Assembly (NCBI GenBank): GCA_963720755.1
Contig: CAVRGP010000013.1
Coordinates: forward strand, 1 to 64,000
Source of the DNA: an uncultured Chloroflexia bacterium
GTDB taxonomy: Bacteria > Chloroflexota > Limnocylindria > Limnocylindrales > CSP1-4
DNA length: 64,000 bases
Reading direction: 5' to 3'
In this document: one piece after another, positions 61,517 to 64,000 of the stretch
How positions within the stretch are numbered: position 1 is the first letter of the stretch
How the letters are laid out: every line of letters starts with the position of its first letter
The notes under the pieces: model-generated
What the model was told of the DNA's origin: nothing
Database searches by the model: none
The model's input: the letters and a program-made list of their open reading frames with translations, nothing else
Translations under genes and position numbers: made by a program

Positions 61517-62428
61517 CTACCTCGGCGGCCTGGTCCGGGAGGCGATCCGGGCAAGCGCGCCGGTCCAATCGGGATCGACCGGTTTCCCCTTCTCGTCGAG
61601 GTCGATCAGCATCGGGGCGTGATCGGACGGTACCGGCGGCCCCTTGCGGGCATCGCGATCGATCTCGGCATCCACCACCCGGTCCGCCAGGGACGAAGAA
61701 ACGAGCAAGTGGTCGATCCGCATGCCCAGGTTCTTGTGGAACATGCCGGCTCGGTAGTCCCACCACGAGAACCGACCGGTCTCCGGGTGCCGCAGTCGAT
61801 AGGCGTCGACCAGTCCGAGCGCGAGGAGCCCGCGGAATGCCTGACGCTCCGGCTCCGAGACGTGGGTGCCGCCGTGGACGGCGCCGGCGTCCCAGACGTC
61901 ATCGTCGGTCGGCGCGACATTGAGGTCGCCCCCGAGGATCAGCGGCTCGGTCGTCGCGGCCGCCGTACCGACCCACTTGGCGAGGCGCTCGAACCAGGCC
62001 AGCTTGCCCGCGTAGAACGGGGATCCGACGACCCGGCCGTTGGGTGCGTACAGGCTCACCACCCGCAGTCCGTCGACCGTGGCGGCGATCATCCGGGCCT
62101 CGTCGAACGGATCGAAATCGTCCTCGCTCGCCGGCTCGGCCCCGGCCCCTCCCGGGCCCGAGTCACGAACCGGACCGTCCCCGAAGTTGGTCACCACGTC
62201 ATCGATCGGCAGGCCCTGCCGGGCCACGATCGCCACGCCGTTCCAGCGGCCCTCGCCATGGTGGACCAGCTGGTACCCCGCCATCGCGAAAGCCATGACC
62301 GGGGCGTCGCCATCGGTCAGTTTCGTCTCCTGCAGGAGGAGGACGTCCGGAGCGGCTCGGCCCAGCCAGTTCTCGACCGCTTCCTGCCGGGCCTTGAGCG
62401 AATTGACGTTCCAGGTGGCGACGCGCAT
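61517..62428 (-). CDS. xth: Exodeoxyribonuclease III
   Basis: ATWNVNS, LQETK, YAPNG, GDLNVAP, SWWDYR, RIDH, SDHAP. Confidence 0.95.
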   Translation of the reverse strand: MRVATWNVNSLKARQEAVENWLGRAAPDVLLLQETKLTDGDAPVMAFAMAGYQLVHHGEGRWNGVAIVARQGLPIDDVVTNFGDGPVRDSGPGGAGAEPASEDDFDPFDEARMIAATVDGLRVVSLYAPNGRVVGSPFYAGKLAWFERLAKWVGTAAATTEPLILGGDLNVAPTDDDVWDAGAVHGGTHVSEPERQAFRGLLALGLVDAYRLRHPETGRFSWWDYRAGMFHKNLGMRIDHLLVSSSLADRVVDAEIDRDARKGPPVPSDHAPMLIDLDEKGKPVDPDWTGALARIASRTRPPR

Positions 62429-62439
62429 CGGCTCGCCGC

Positions 62440-63117
62440 CTAGTAGCGCCGGCCGCGCTGCCGTTCGAGATCGAACGTGGCGGTGTCGGCGACGGCCATG
62501 ACCGCCATCGTCCCGGCCTGGACCGGGTCCGAGATGACCAGGTCGACGTGATCGGTGATCGAGCCGACCATGTTGAGGGCGATGATCGGGATCCCAACGG
62601 ATCGGAGTTCCTCGGCAGCCACGCTGATGTCGCCGCCCATGATCGATCCGGCCAGGACGAGCAGCCGGGCTCGGGGCAGGTCGGCCACCGCCCGGACGGC
62701 CGCCGCGATCGGCTCTTCGCCGACGAGCGGGATCGTATCGACGCTGATCCGCTCGCCACGGAGGTTGTGGCGATCGGCCTCGCTGACCGCGCCGAGCGCG
62801 ACCTGGGCCACTTGGGCACCGCCGCCGACGACGATGATCCGCTTACCGAAGACTTGGGCGAGGGCGCGGGTCAGGTGGACCGCCCGGACGTCCTCGATCG
62901 CCTCGAGGGCTCGTACTAGGGCCGCCTCCGAGATCCCTTCGACCTCGAGCTCGATCTCGACGAGGGCCGGGTCACCATCGATCAGACGGACCGTCGAGAG
63001 GGCCCGGATCCGCCCGCCGATCACACTGACGGCGTCGCTGACGGCGGCCAGGGCGGTAGCGGAATCGATGATGTCGAACCGGATCGCCGCGGTTTCGACC
63101 GCGCGCCGGCGCGGCAT
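62440..63117 (-). CDS. ACT-like domain + DUF5612/COG1707-like protein
   Basis: FGKRIIVVGGGAQVAQVALGAVSEADRHNLRGERISVDTIPLVGE...LAGSIMGG...DPVQAG. Confidence 0.8.
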   Translation of the reverse strand: MPRRRAVETAAIRFDIIDSATALAAVSDAVSVIGGRIRALSTVRLIDGDPALVEIELEVEGISEAALVRALEAIEDVRAVHLTRALAQVFGKRIIVVGGGAQVAQVALGAVSEADRHNLRGERISVDTIPLVGEEPIAAAVRAVADLPRARLLVLAGSIMGGDISVAAEELRSVGIPIIALNMVGSITDHVDLVISDPVQAGTMAVMAVADTATFDLERQRGRRY

Positions 63118-63404
63118 CAGCCGAGCGAGCCGCGGCCCGCGGCGCCGGGACGCAGGTCGTTGACCGACATGGCATCGGGCTCGATGTCGCCGGTCGGATC
63201 GTGTTCCTCGAACGGCAGGCCGAGGCCGGCGAACGCCTCGCGGGTCGCCGCGGCGTCTGACGTGGTGAGCATCAGCGCGCCATCCGTGTCCTCGGCCACG
63301 CCGACGATCCCGGTGATATTCACCCCGCGCTCGCCAAGCGCCGAGGCGAGACGGGCGAGCGAACCCGGCCGATCGTCGAGTTTGACCGTGAACCAGACCG
63401 TCAC
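63117..63404 (-). CDS. ACT-domain protein
   Basis: LDDRPGSLARLASALGERGVNI; GGAGG RBS; TGATG coupling to the next gene. Confidence 0.85.
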   Translation of the reverse strand: MTVWFTVKLDDRPGSLARLASALGERGVNITGIVGVAEDTDGALMLTTSDAAATREAFAGLGLPFEEHDPTGDIEPDAMSVNDLRPGAAGRGSLG

Positions 63405-63466
63405 GAGATACCTCCAAGGCTATGCGCCGATGGTACCCGGTCCGCGTCACATGGCACGATGCGCGC

Positions 63467-63865
63467 ATGCCTGCACCGTTGTCGAAGACGCCGACCAAGC
63501 GGATGCCGGATATCCAGGTCTTCGGCCTCGACGACTCCAGGGATACCCGGGCTGCCCAGCGGTACTTCCGTGAGCGGCGGATCGCGGTCAGCTACGTCGA
63601 CCTTGGCAAACGCCGCATCGCTCCCGCGGAACTCCGTCGGTTCGTCGACCAGTTCGGTGCCGCGGCGCTGCTCGACGAGACGTCGCGAGCCTTTCGCGAT
63701 GGCGGACTCGGGCATCTGCGGCTGACCGACGGGGAGATCGTCGACCGCTTGCTTCACGATGTCCGCCTACTCCGCCTCCCCCTGGTCCGCCACGGCAACG
63801 CGGTGACGGTCGGGCGTGCCGAGGCGACGTGGACGGCCTGGGTCAGGGCCTCGCGCGCGACCTGA
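63467..63865 (+). CDS. ArsC/Spx/MgsR-family protein
   Basis: RAAQRYFRER, APAELRRF, LLRLPLVR. Confidence 0.8.
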   Translation: MPAPLSKTPTKRMPDIQVFGLDDSRDTRAAQRYFRERRIAVSYVDLGKRRIAPAELRRFVDQFGAAALLDETSRAFRDGGLGHLRLTDGEIVDRLLHDVRLLRLPLVRHGNAVTVGRAEATWTAWVRASRAT

Positions 63866-64000
63866 CGCCGATCGCGGCCACGACCGCGCCGCCGACGACC
63901 ATCCCGACACCGATGATCGTCCATCGGAGGTCGTCCACCATGAAACTCGAACCGCGGATGAGGCCGAGTCCCTGTCCGATCCAGACGAGCCCGACCAGGA
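63843..64000 (-). CDS. Small membrane protein, 5' end outside window
   Basis: Own translation: LVGLVWIGQGLGLIRGSSFMVDDLRWTIIGVGMVVGG...RP*. Confidence 0.65.
   Translation of the reverse strand, partial: LVGLVWIGQGLGLIRGSSFMVDDLRWTIIGVGMVVGGAVVAAIGVRSRARP

Overview
High-GC bacterial chromosomal window. The gene content and style suggest Chloroflexota or Actinomycetota; this is an inference. The first ~11.6 kb is rich in apparent frameshifts and holds three things. (1) A giant secreted minus-strand modular protein (start 7357, running off the left edge) with 4 LamG-like domains, at least 3 [Ig-like + metallophosphoesterase] units, a beta-helix and a tandem-95/Big_9 module. (2) A scrambled block (IS481 fragment, DinB/DfsB-like gene fragment, argG 3' fragment, truncated paralog of the giant gene) that looks like a misjoin or rearrangement. 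(3) A WcaJ-like sugar transferase and VanZ. The rest is mostly clean. It contains a sortase, a DoxD/DoxX-Rieske fusion, an ATP-grasp + comA + comB cluster, an adenylate cyclase-AAA-TPR protein, an ABC-2 exporter, IclR, lipB, a GalT-like protein whose catalytic His is replaced by Cys, and two ECF sigma/anti-sigma pairs. It also has a fragmented pyr cluster (pyrR-B-C ... pyrK-[araC]-pyrD-pyrE) with a double PyrR-loop leader, a VapBC-type module, amine catabolism genes (PuuB-like oxidase, LLM enzyme, PLP decarboxylase, non-pyrrolysine MttB, Rieske oxygenase, potABCD), a CtaA-CtaB fusion, xth, and an ACT + archaeal-type ACT/DUF5612-like pair. Many genes appear leaderless. No rRNA, tRNA or CRISPR array was recognised. 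All family assignments come from motif recognition by eye, not database searches.
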